DNA of 64,000 nt. Origin: Phoronis australis. Its lineage: Eukaryota > Animalia > Phoronida. Each line of letters begins with the position of its first letter. Position 1 is the first letter of the stretch. The position numbers and the translations under genes are program-made. The stretch is from positions 1 to 64,000 of the forward strand of contig NMRA01000951.1 of the NCBI GenBank assembly GCA_002633005.1, given 5' to 3'. Below, one piece after another: positions 1 through 11,675 of the stretch. The notes under the pieces were generated by a model. It worked only from the letters and a program-made list of their open reading frames with translations, was not told the origin of the DNA and did not search any database.

Positions 1-444
1 CTTCTATTTAACATGGCGGCATCTACCTGGAAATACTACAGGCAGAAATTTGACAACAAAATACGGTATGGGGTACAAGTAAGAGACATTTCCGCGTAAT
101 GATGCAAGTATTGTAGATGTGCTTCCGGTGAATCATATGAGCCTCTGTTAGCTACTCGCTAACAGGCAATTGCCTATTAGCTGAATGATTAGTATGCTTG
201 CCGATTTCATGGGGGTCGCTGGTTTGATTCCCAGGTCGGGTAATCTCGGCTGTTACTACACGAGGAATCAAACGATACCAAAACCATGTGGGTCACTAAA
301 TGTCGTCATGTTGTAAACAATTATCTGAATCACTCTCAGAGAGACTAGTAAAGCGGCAAGCCAAGCCCATGGCATGGAACTAGTTGGACCCTGATTTTGA
401 GAACCAAGAAATAACTGAATAATGGCCGTTATTTAGTTCTCTAA

Positions 445-1262
445 ATCAGGGTCTGGTAATTGTTCACAATATGACGACATTGACCTACACTCTTGATTTT
501 GGCATCATTCGATTTTTTGAAACGTTATCTTTCAAAAAATATATAAACGTATACCCTACTGTATTTTCTCCGTATTTTATCGTCAAATTTTTGTTCACAC
601 TATTATCCCGTTGACACCGCCATGTTAGCTCAACTCAAGATTACAGCGACACCCGTTGTTAATGAATGAAACAGCATCATCTATTCTGACTGGTTTGCCC
701 ACACGAGATTCCCGCTAAAGTTGTCCTGACATAGTATAGAAGAGCATTTCACCTTTTCTAATTTTTTAATAATTGTGACCATTCGATCCTTTTTCCACGA
801 AATTGTTTGAAGTGATATCCTTTTCATGCACCAATCTGGACCTCAAAAACAACCCCGCTTTTTGCAGATTCTTGCCAGCAGAGCTATATGCGTACGTGAG
901 GTCACCATAGGATCGAATTCGAATCCTTGGGACCGTAAATCGGGCAGGGGATGGACGGGTCTTGGTCAATTTGACCTTAAAGTGTCGATCTGCAGAAGTC
1001 AACTAGTAGATTAGTTCTCAGTTTTTGATCGCCAGATGGCTCCTTCCATTCAACATGGCGGTGTTACTACAGCGTAAAGGGAAATAGTGCGAGCAGAAAT
1101 TTCACTATATAATACTAAGGGAACGGGGTAGGAAAAATTTCTGTGTATTTTTTGGAAAGATAACGTTGCAAGGAATCCAACATACCAAAACCACATGTGT
1201 AACTTACATTGACTTACACTGTAAGTCAATGTCGTCATATTGTGAACAATTACCCAGGGTCC
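445..1262. mobile_element. Degenerate inverted-repeat (MITE/foldback-type) family arms ending in AACATGGCGG
   Basis: 445-626 (..taattgttcacaatatgacgacattgac..gacaccgccatgtt) is the approximate reverse complement of 1051-1262 (aacatggcggtgtt..gtcaatgtcgtcatattgtgaacaatta). A third related arm starts near 10 (aacatggcggc). Boundaries are approximate. Confidence 0.5.
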
Positions 1263-2374
1263 ATTATATTCCACAAGCACAAGACTAATGAGTGTATCTG
1301 AGCATGACTGAATATGTTGAACACTTGGACACAGACTAAGTGACTAGTAATAACTCTAGGGACGTGACAAAAAAATTCAAATTCTGATTTAATATTTAAA
1401 AATGCATTGATTCAAAAACTCATCAAAAACAGATTCAAACAAAAAAAAAATTAACAAAATCCGTCGAGCCGTTAACTTTTTATGAACGTTTGAAGAGCGA
1501 TAATTAGCCCTTTATTTTAGTCCACTGAATACATAGGAATAAAGGCATATGTATGTGACCGAAAATTAGTTTTTTCACAATAACTTCCTCAATACTTTTA
1601 ATAACAACGTGAAAATTTCAGGATATGTCAATCCTAGCATTTACTTAGTGATAGACATTTTTAAGACAACAAAAAATTCCAAATTCCAAAATGGCGGCCA
1701 CCATTATGACTGCAAAAACGTCTTATTTTACGTTAACGAACTATATGGTGCAATATACCATTAACGAACTATATGGTGTAATATACCAAATGATAGGTCT
1801 TTTCATTGCTTTTTTGAAGAAAATGATGAAAAACATGTTTAGGCAATATTTTCGACATTTCCGCATAGCTGCCAAAATGGCTGCCAACATTACTGCATTA
1901 ACGACCACCAGAAGAGATCGATTCAGCAACCATGATGTAAACCTAATATATGAATATTAAAGGTGTTTTCATGAACTGCAAGGATATCATACAATTGTGT
2001 TATGCATACATGTTTATTTTGTACAAAATGGCTGCCAAGATGGCTGCCACCCATAACAGAAAAGTAGTTGTAGTAATAAAATTTAAAAGACAAATGAAAC
2101 CAAAACGAGATTCGTTCAACTTTAAGAACAAACTTTTGCTTGACCGGCAACAAGACTACCCAGAGGTTCAAAAGTTCATCTGTAACAAATACAAGGGCAC
2201 ACTGAGTGCATCGCATAGAGCACAGATACAAAGGATCCTCATTATTTTAATCCCTCTAGAGGGTGCAATGCGGATGGAGCAAATGCACTAGAAACTTTAG
2301 GAAATGCAGAATACATCAAATATAATTGAAAATGGGAAGGCATTGTAGTGTCCTAGAACCCTAACTACCAAGTT

Positions 2375-3060
2375 TCATGAAAATCCATCAATGAACTCTA
2401 AAGATACACAAGAAAACATACAAAAAAGTTGCCCTTGGGGGCACACCAACCGATTCCTTTTTTGTTCAGTGGTAACTTTCTGGCGCTTTATCTGCTGAGT
2501 CAAATGCTTGATCTGACATGCTTGAGTAGACTTCAGTGAAGACTTGAGATCATGAATGGTTTTCTTTTCCTTCGAAACATACTGTAGCCGTCTCTTTAGT
2601 TTTTGTTTCCTAGGTGTTAGGGCTTCTCGCTTAGAGGATGGTGTTGAGGTGGATGGCTCTGATGCAACTGAAGGGCCAGCTTCAAGCTCTGGTTGCGTCA
2701 TCACAGGAAATACAGGTTCATGGTGAGGGTCAGCAACCGCGCAAGACACAGGTTCTTCACTGGGTTCAGGAACGAGAGGAAACAACTCTTCGCACACTTT
2801 AAACTGGCACATGCTTCTTTCATTTGAAACTGATTGATACTCTTTAGTGACCTATTCACCAGCGAGTTGATATTGCTTGTAGTAATTTTCCAATTACCAA
2901 TAAGTTCACGTTTTAAAGTTGACACTATCTCAGTCAGTGATTTGTTGCACTGTAAGAACACATAGAGGGCATGACCATTTTTCATGTTTTCACTGGGAAC
3001 AGAGTTGAAGTTCTCTTGAAGGAACTGTCTCGCTTTGCCAGATTGAGATGGAGAATATTC
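2375..3060 (-). pseudogene. Frameshifted coding-like segment, probably a decayed transposon ORF (Pro/Ser/Glu linker then basic coiled coil)
   Basis: An acceptor-like ttttatttcaag near 3061 opens the frame EYSPSQSGKARQFLQENF..MKNGH (ORF 2701-2985). This shifts frame into ORF 2375-2812 (..PSTSTPSSKREALTPRKQKLKRRL..). It lies next to a repeat-like region (about 1360-2350) with several aaaatggc(g/t)gcc motifs. No catalytic motif recognised. Confidence 0.3.
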
Positions 3061-5679
3061 TTGAAATAAAAAATAAACATTGCAACAAACAATAAATCAA
3101 TAAATACAATATAATCTCAGCAGCTTTCCACTTTCCTGTGGTAAAAGAAATGGGTTTTTTACAATTTTATGCTGGTGTATTAAGGGGCAGATCTGTTCAA
3201 CAACAGGTAGGTGTGGGCCACCGGGAACTGCGAGAAATCAAAATCCAAACCATTGCAGTAAGGTAATACTAAACAACAAAAATCCTACCGAACTGACAAA
3301 AACTCTATCCCAATACTACAACTTAATTTACCTACCTAAGATATCAACTCGAAACCAAATTACCCACCCTACCTGGAAAAGCAAAACATCTACAAGAGTT
3401 GACTGCACATTTTTAATCCGAGAGCCCCATCCCTGGCTGTAAAGGACAGACCAATCTGTTATATTGTGACAAAATATTCTTGTTGCATTTCCAAATCATT
3501 ACTTCTCAAAATATTAAATTGCCTGAACTTAATCATCAGCCAACTCTGATAACTTCATGCCTGAAATGACTCCAGTCTATAAAACCACTGTGTCTTGACA
3601 GGCTTTGGTAATTGAAAATATTTGTTACTCATATTCACCAACAGAAAATGTGTCAAAATTGTTTAAACTAAACTTAACTCAAAGTGCACTTCACGAATTG
3701 TAAAAATCAGCTGATTCAGAATGTAAACACGAGTCATCGACCAATGAAATCAACGGAATANNNNNNNNNNNNNNNNNNNNNNNNNNNNNNNNNNNNNNNN
3801 NNNNNNNNNNNNNNNNNNNNNNNNNNNNNNNNNNNNNNNNNNNNNNNNNNNNNNNNNNNNNNNNNNNNNNNNNNNNNNNNNNNNNNNNNNNNNNNNNNNN
3901 NNNNNNNNNNNNNNNNNNNNNNNNNNNNNNNNNNNNNNNNNNNNNNNNNNNNNNNNNNNNNNNNNNNNNNNNNNNNNNNNNNNNNNNNNNNNNNNNNNNN
4001 NNNNNNNNNNNNNNNNNNNNNNNNNNNNNNNNNNNNNNNNNNNNNNNNNNNNNNNNNNNNNNNNNNNNNNNNNNNNNNNNNNNNNNNNNNNNNNNNNNNN
4101 NNNNNNNNNNNNNNNNNNNNNNNNNNNNNNNNNNNNNNNNNNNNNNNNNNNNNNNNNNNNNNNNNNNNNNNNNNNNNNNNNNNNNNNNNNNNNNNNNNNN
4201 NNNNNNNNNNNNNNNNNNNNNNNNNNNNNNNNNNNNNNNNNNNNNNNNNNNNNNNNNNNNNNNNNNNNNNNNNNNNNNNNNNNNNNNNNNNNNNNNNNNN
4301 NNNNNNNNNNNNNNNNNNNNNNNNNNNNNNNNNNNNNNNNNNNNNNNNNNNNNNNNNNNNNNNNNNNNNNNNNNNNNNNNNNNNNNNNNNNNNNNNNNNN
4401 NNNNNNNNNNNNNNNNNNNNNNNNNNAATAAAATGGCTGCCGAAGGCAGTGCACATTTGAAATAACTCGGCACAAATTAAAGAAAACTTCCGAATCGATG
4501 AATGCGGTATATCTGTGAGAGTTAAATCGAATCCTATTCAGATCATAACTTTGAAGTGGAATAATTCGGTGAGTACAACAGCAAGTCGGTTTTATGCTTA
4601 GGCGGACGAACATTGGGCTCCCCAGTATACTCCACGTCATCAAGAATTTCGACAGTGGTTTACGTGCGTTCTACAAAACACAATGTGACAAGCTTCAAGT
4701 CAAAACACGGGGCAAACCTTAATCTTCTGAGCTTCATTGATACACTGCTGAAAACTGCCAGTATAAAGAGCATTTCTTATTTCAAAAAGCTCGTCTGTAT
4801 CGCCTTGTGAAGCCATTTTCCGGATAATTGTGCCCAAACAATAACAAGATAATGGTCCAACACAAGTGTGCGCTAAAGATCTTCAGAATGTCACAAATTT
4901 GTAAAATGGAAGCAAAAGTTATGGGTAATGAACAATAATTTATTATTGTAAGAAGCTTCGAAAAAGTGATTATTTCAATTAAGTCGAGATTCACTTTAAG
5001 TCTAGTTTTCATATTTCTCAATAGAGGGTGCGAGTAAGTTCATGAGAGGGGTGTGGACAATTTCAATAAGCTTGACCCCTAAATCCAAGATGGCCGCTCG
5101 AGTGTAGTGAGTTACTTCCTCAAAGTTACGTTTGAGAGAAAAGTTACAGTATCCGACTCTATAAAGGTAAGATTGTTGCTGATATTGAGAAAATACGTAT
5201 GTTGTGATGTTTGTATCCTCGAAGCTGATTCTGTCTTAAGTGTCAATCGTTGATTTGTAGACCTCACTTTTGTTCTCAATCTCGTGGCTACTGCACGTCT
5301 CCACTTACCGTCTTACGACTACACTTGACTAGTCGACTGAGCACTAGTCAGTTGTCAGTCTCATTCAGTCAATGTCTCGAGCAGGGGAACTATGCCAGCA
5401 GATGAAGAATGGACAGGATTGACATCGGTGATGTCGTGTAAACCACGAAAACGTTAAGTTGTGGAGGCCTAGGCAAAACCTGAAGTACTGAGCCAGTGAC
5501 CTCCATTTTGGGCCAAATATCGGTCCCATTGACCTCGGAAAAATATTGAAAAAGCATGCGAAAATCTCCTCATAACGCCCTAAAATTCACCTCAAGTGGT
5601 TGAAAAATTTCCGTCGAGGTTCGAATCACTTGTAACTCACACAAGTGACTTGGCTTATGCTAGACTTTCAATGAAGGTA

Positions 5680-6680
5680 TTTATTAGCCAAAATGGCTAA
5701 AGCATCTGAAAACTTTTAGCCATTTTCAGAAATTATTTGCCAAATACCTTCTCTTTTCCCTACCCCCACAATTGATGAAAATACCACTACACGGACCATA
5801 CTTTTTTATTTTTAGTATCTTTTCATAATGTACCAGGGCTCGACATAACGAGCTGCAGGTCGCATTTGACACCTGAAATTTGGAAATGCGAGCTGAGATT
5901 TTGGCCAGCTCGCATTAATTCGCAAAGTGCTACCTGGAATTTCCAACATATGCGAGCTGAGTTTCTAAACTTCTCGGCTGACACCTGGGAAATGTAAAGC
6001 AACTCGGGTGATTCCGACCGTTATTTGGTTGTTGCCAAATCAAGTTTAAAAGAACACTCATTGAGATCAGCACTCCCGATGACTTGTAAACATGTGAACA
6101 AGGGAATGCAGAATTGGTCTTTGNTAACGTGCAGACGAGCACTCCAAATTGGAACGCTAAGTCCCGCGTGGTTGCGCTGCACGCGAAACAAGATGGCGGA
6201 CGAACTTTGGAGCCTGACGAAAATAGGTAACCGGACTATATTAGCCAAAATGGCTAAAGCATCTGAAAACTTTTAGCCATTTTCAGAAATTATTTGCCAA
6301 ATACCTTCTCTTTTCCCTACCCCCACAATTGATAAAAATACCACTACACAGACCATACTTTTTTATTTTTAGTATCTTTTCATAATGTACCAGAGCTCGA
6401 CATAACGAGCTGCAGGTCGCATTTGACACCTGAAATTTGGAAATGCGAGCTGAGATTTTGGCCAGCTCGCATTAATTCGTAAAGTGCTACCTGGAATTTC
6501 CAACATATGCGAGCTGAGTTTCTAAACTTCACGGCTGACACCTGGGAAATGTAAAGCAACTCGGGTGATTCCGACCGTTATTTGGTTGTTGCCAAATCAA
6601 GTTCAAAAGAACACTCATTGAGATCAGCACTCCCGATGACTTGTAAACATGTGAACAAGGGAATGCAGAATTGGTCTTTG
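5680..6680. repeat. Near-identical direct duplication (5680-6123 vs 6238-6680) across a single-N join; probably an uncollapsed haplotype
   Basis: tattagccaaaatggctaaagc...gaattggtctttg occurs twice with few substitutions. Copy 1 stops exactly at the n at 6124. Confidence 0.75.
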
Positions 6681-7763
6681 ACGCATTTTATTGGCCAATA
6701 CTTTGGGTTTTTTTGCAAATTTCTGGTTGTGCTGAAGAAAGTTTCAGACCTTGGAATAATACGTGATAAAACGTCAGAAAGCAGTGGTGTTTCTACTACT
6801 TCTTAAACGATGAACTTACCAAGCTTAGTGGTGGAAAAACATTTATTTTTCATGTTAGGTGTCCTTAATCAAAGTATGGCATCATCCACGGCAATATGCC
6901 TGATCGCACTGCGGCACTGGTTAGTTCCACTGTTAGCACTGGAAAGCGGTCTCGGCAGACGATCGTCTTGACTTGGAAAAGTGTGTTTCGTTTTTTATCG
7001 CAAAAGACAGCAATTGTGAAAATGACATCCGAATTAATCGCCAAACGATGGGCATGCCTTTGCGCATTTTCAGCAGAATAATAGAAACCCGCACCGTCGG
7101 AAATCATTTCGAGGCTTTTTATTTCATGGAAAATTAATTTTTGACCACATAAAAAGCACAAGTTCCACTTTTTTGTTGTGAAATTTGCAGTGATTTGTTT
7201 CCGCGTATCAATATGTCATTCAGCGAGTAGGGCAACGTTTCACAGATTTCTTCTGACAGGATGTTTTTTTCAAGTTGCAAAGTTTTGCCTGCAAACAAGT
7301 GAAAGAAATTTGCACTCAGGGTTATCAATCATTTGATCTTCAACGACTTTATTGACGGTCATATAATAAGTCAGTTCTAGAAAAGTTGCGGATTCTTTTT
7401 CAATGAGTATTTTCTCCTTTTTCACGTTGCACACTTAACTAATCGAATGCATGTGTCGGTTAGAGAGCACTGAGTTAACTTTCACGTCGGCAACTGCTTG
7501 GCACTCCAGGGTGTACTGAAGAATGGTATGATATGCTTGTAAGAACTCAATTTTGCGAGATGAAATTTGTGAGTTGTTAATGTCGCAAGGGCATAATCTT
7601 AAGCATTTTCTGACAACCTATAAGCCAATTTTGGTCCATAAAAATGTCGGGAAAGTTTTGAGACCTGGAATTTATGAATGCAATCTGGGTTTTGAAAATG
7701 CGACCAAGAAATTTGGCTTGGTTGCAAAATGCGACCTGGAGATTTTCATAGCGTCGACCCCTG
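6391..7763. mobile_element. Non-autonomous hAT-like DNA transposon with a 5-bp TSD (hAT5-like)
   Basis: Left end CAG(A/G)GCTCGAC (6391; also 5834 in the duplicate), right end GTCGACCCCTG (7763), flanked by TGTAC on both sides. Subterminal gcgacc/gcgagc repeats; no ORF. Confidence 0.7.
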
Positions 7764-10700
7764 TGTACTACAAGAAAAGTCATTTGCCTTAAGAAAATAA
7801 CTAATGATCAACATTCCAAGGTCATATAGCAACCTAATAAGCTTGATGGTATGACAGCCAACATGGGTTTTATTATGACCCAAACAGTTTGGGCAGAGGT
7901 CGCCGCTATACCCTAGTTACTGCGTGTGTACGCCAGCCACGTGGGCATTTAAATGATGGTGACGTGTGATGGCGGGGATTGCCGGCCATATGGGCATTTC
8001 ATTGATGTTGATCTAAAAAAATGTGGCCAACTCTACCATCGCCAGTTCCGCTCAGAATTCGCCAATGGCGAACTGGCGAGTGGTTAGCGCGAGCCTAGTA
8101 TGACAGTTTGAAAGAGAGCACAAAAATGTTAATTTTGACTACGTGGTGTAGAGCCTATGAGAGCTTGCAACAAGGTGGGGGGTGGTATGGATGGTGATCG
8201 GATGGTAGAATTGTCCCCTCACCTTGAAATATCAAGGGCGCTGGTCCCCATTGGTATCTGTTTAATTTCATCATTTGTACGTTAGGGGTGGCAGGCCAAA
8301 AAAGTGCTTTCATTCTTCAGTGATCATTTCCAGTTTTATACATGTAGAATTCCAACTCCAGTTTTCGGTCACCATTTACTTTTTCACCACTCGCGATAAT
8401 CACAAAATACTTCAATTTACAACACCCGAGTTAGACCACAACCAGAGCTAGACTGAGGAGAGCAGATTATTATGGATGTGTTCAAGTCGTGTGAACAAAA
8501 TTTTTCTTTCATGGTATGTGTTATCTCAATGCACACATTAGGTCTCACAGTCTCAACTGACCTCGGTAGAGTCAGTAGTCGTACCTGAAGCCCTCCATAC
8601 ATTGATTAATCTGTCATGGGCATGTTGTTATGAATACCTGTTGCGCGTAGAGGGACACCTTAGGAAGCCATTGATGTCGTTTAATGCTTCCACATCCATT
8701 TTTTTCCAAATAGTCAGTTGGCTAAATCAGCAACTGGCCATTGTTACACTGCTCGCGTCAGGGGATATAACGATATAACGAGCCCTAGTGGTCATGGTGG
8801 GCTCCTTTCTGCTGTTTCACAAAAACAACAGTACATGCCGAGTGTAATGGATTAAGTATCGTTTTCCCGTCAAGGCGAGGGTGAACCATGAGGAGACGCC
8901 AGAGTGAGTCATTCTAGCTAAACTAATGGTGAAATCCACTTCCACTGATATCTGCGTGATTACGGATCGTTTTGTCTAGTTATTTTTGGGGTGTACAGTG
9001 TAGTGTTCTGTAAAATTTCACAAATATAGGATACAATATGGTAGGCTGTGAAATTTTATTTTTTCCATGTGAAGTATTACCGTACAATTATTCAATCGCT
9101 TAAGGTGTTGCTAATCATTTCTTCAGCAAAAAATGGAATTTCACTGGATCATCATGCTTCAGTCATTGGTGCTGTAAAGCAAACAAAATTTAAGCTTTAT
9201 AAAGATGGTTCAAGATTTTAAACGTGGCCCAGACCTTTCCAAACAATGTTCAAGATTTCCAAACGTGACGCCTAACTTTTTCACCGTTGTGTAACACCAT
9301 ATGCATATATATACACAGGGAGAGACGCTGTTGCGATTAAGGTCACGTACTTGCCTCACACCCGCACTGTGGCACTTGAAATGGGCTGTTGGCACATTCA
9401 AAACAGTGCAGTCATGATTTGTATACATATGCCATTTGCTTTTTTTGTAAATGACATCTGTCTGTGTTGATGACCAAATAAGGTGTCAACATCTACACCA
9501 GGTGGTCCAAATTAAGCAATCGTAATCCGTCGGCATTTTTACATGCCATTGATGCGGGTTGCAGTCCAAAAAGTGCCCGTTTAATACGTCTTGTGAATGT
9601 ATTGCTTTCAAAGAATATTCGTGTTTCTAGCCAAACTAACTCGTCATAGGTTGTCAGATTAGGGCCATAAACACGGTAATTTTCCCCTTGTTTTTGCACA
9701 ACAATACTTGGCAAAATTGTGACTTTCCGTTTTTAAAAGCGGATTGCTTGGCTGCAAATAATTGTGGAAAAATACCAAAAATTGTTTTGTGACAGCTTTA
9801 CAGTACAAACAATGCTTGTAATAGACTAAGGTTTTCTTAATCTTTAATTTCATGGAGAAACAACGAATGAAATTCTGTTTTAAAGTGGAAGTTCAACCGT
9901 TGGCCATATTGTCTGCCAAGTACATTTATGTGAAGAATTTACACAGAGACAATGCTCAGAACTATATTCTTCCCCCATTAGACACGGTTGTTGGCAACTC
10001 AACGTCTTTGTTAGCAGGGTTTGATTTTGGACAAACTTAAATAAAAAAGAGGAGGCGGGATAATGTCCTTTGTGTAGTTTTATAATGAACCTGTGCACTG
10101 GTGATGATAGTGACTTTGTGAAGAAGATCCTAAAGTGTGGGCTTCTGAGAATAGTGATGTCCTTTGATAGATGTAAGTCTTTCTATTTGAGGCTATATTC
10201 CGTCCGCTTATGGTATGCGAAACGACGTTGCAGTCCAAATTCATTCTCTGTCCAAAGCAACTGTATCATAGTTCAAAACGACTTGACCTTAATTGTTTTT
10301 TGGTTTAGCATTTTATGGTTTTATGCGGTGATGTATTGCAAACAAATTAGTGCACATACATAAAGTCTTGAGTGTCCTTTTAATGGCTGTCAGATTAAAT
10401 GGAGTTGTATAGAAGGAGAGACATGTACATGTACTAAAGATTAATATATTAAATTGTTGTGTGAGTCAGGCATGACTGTGCTCGCAGATGAAAAATTTAT
10501 CTCTAGATAACATCTTCAACGGCAGTTTTTAAAGTTTGCCCATAGTATTGTAAAAAGTTTGCAGTTTGAGACAGTCTCTTAAATTACAGAAGCTCGAGCA
10601 GAGGATGAATTTTCTTCATTCTCCAGATTGGGACATGGTCAATTTTGACATTTGTGTTTCTCAAATTCTAGACACCGTGTTTTGTATTGACCAAGTTCAT

Positions 10701-11301
10701 AACCGCATCTAAAATAAGTTCCAACTCAACCTTTTCATGTGTCTTAAAACCTTTTGAAGTGCCTTAATAACGCGTAACATGAAGGTGAATGATCTGTTGT
10801 AATTGGTTGTAATTCTTGAATTTGAGATGACCTATATTGATTATTTCTGAAGTTTGGTAGAAGCTCCCGACTTCAAGCAAAATAATTAAATTCTCACTGT
10901 GTCAAGCTGGAGAATTTTTTACTTGACTTCATTATTGTTCTTCTCTCAACTTTAATAGTGATCATCAATTGTCCAACAGATGGAGTTACCTGCCATGCCT
11001 GATGAAGGTTCTCTTTACAAGACATAAAATGTACAGTTGTGTAGATCTGTTGGGCTACATAACCTTAAAGGCACTATTTCCGCTTCATTTTTGTTAAAAA
11101 CTTCATGAAACGGATCTTTACGCAAACACTTTTATTCGAAACCTAAGCCCAAATAATAGCCTTTGCCATGGCATCGAATTTTTTTATAGTGAACTGAATT
11201 TAATACAGATTTTTTTAGCTTAATTTTTTCATTTTGTGTGGTGCACCAAGAAATAAATGGATGCCGGACGAAGTGTCAATCGAAGATTCGAGTGTCGAAT
11301 A

Positions 11302-11541
11302 TGAACTTGGAGTTTCGGTTAATCTCAAGATCGTGTACAGGCCTACGTGAACTCGAAATACCCACTCAAATAATCACGTTCATGCTAATATAATTAGTTA
11401 ACGGGTGAAATAAGTGCTTCTGGAACAAATAATTACAGAAATTTGCTACATTGAACAAAATATTCACCAGATTTCTTTAATGTGTGTTTAATTAAGAGCT
11501 CACGCTTACGCGATCTTCAGATTAAGCAAAATTCAAGTTCA
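11302..11541. mobile_element. Short inverted-repeat element (MITE-like); related arms at about 56164-56197 and 57696-57740
   Basis: gaacttggagtttcggttaatctcaagatcgtgta (11302-11338) versus tacgcgatcttcagattaagcaaaattcaagttc (11507-11541). The same motif recurs near 56164 and 57696. Confidence 0.5.
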
Positions 11542-11675
11542 CGCATACCAAACAAGTAATGGCAGGCGTTCGGTATAAGATAGGTTGTCCTCCGTTGAAA
11601 AGGCTTGCTAATCGTCCTCAAGTTGACTATTACCGCCGTAAAGTTTGAAATGAAGATCAGTTTGGGTGCTGGACT

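Noticed and set aside
170-250. tRNA-like A/B boxes (tagctgaatg..ggtttgattccc)
   Set aside because: No complete cloverleaf could be built; at most a decayed tRNA-derived SINE head.
3684-4643. Long ORFs across N gaps (also 19172-19490 and 46292-47115)
   Set aside because: Artefacts of translating N runs; only 46924-47035 is a real exon.
5085-5460. First-exon-like segment (aagatggccgc..aaag|gtaag) and short ORF MPADEEWTG..
   Set aside because: Frames close within about 20 codons and no downstream exons could be linked.
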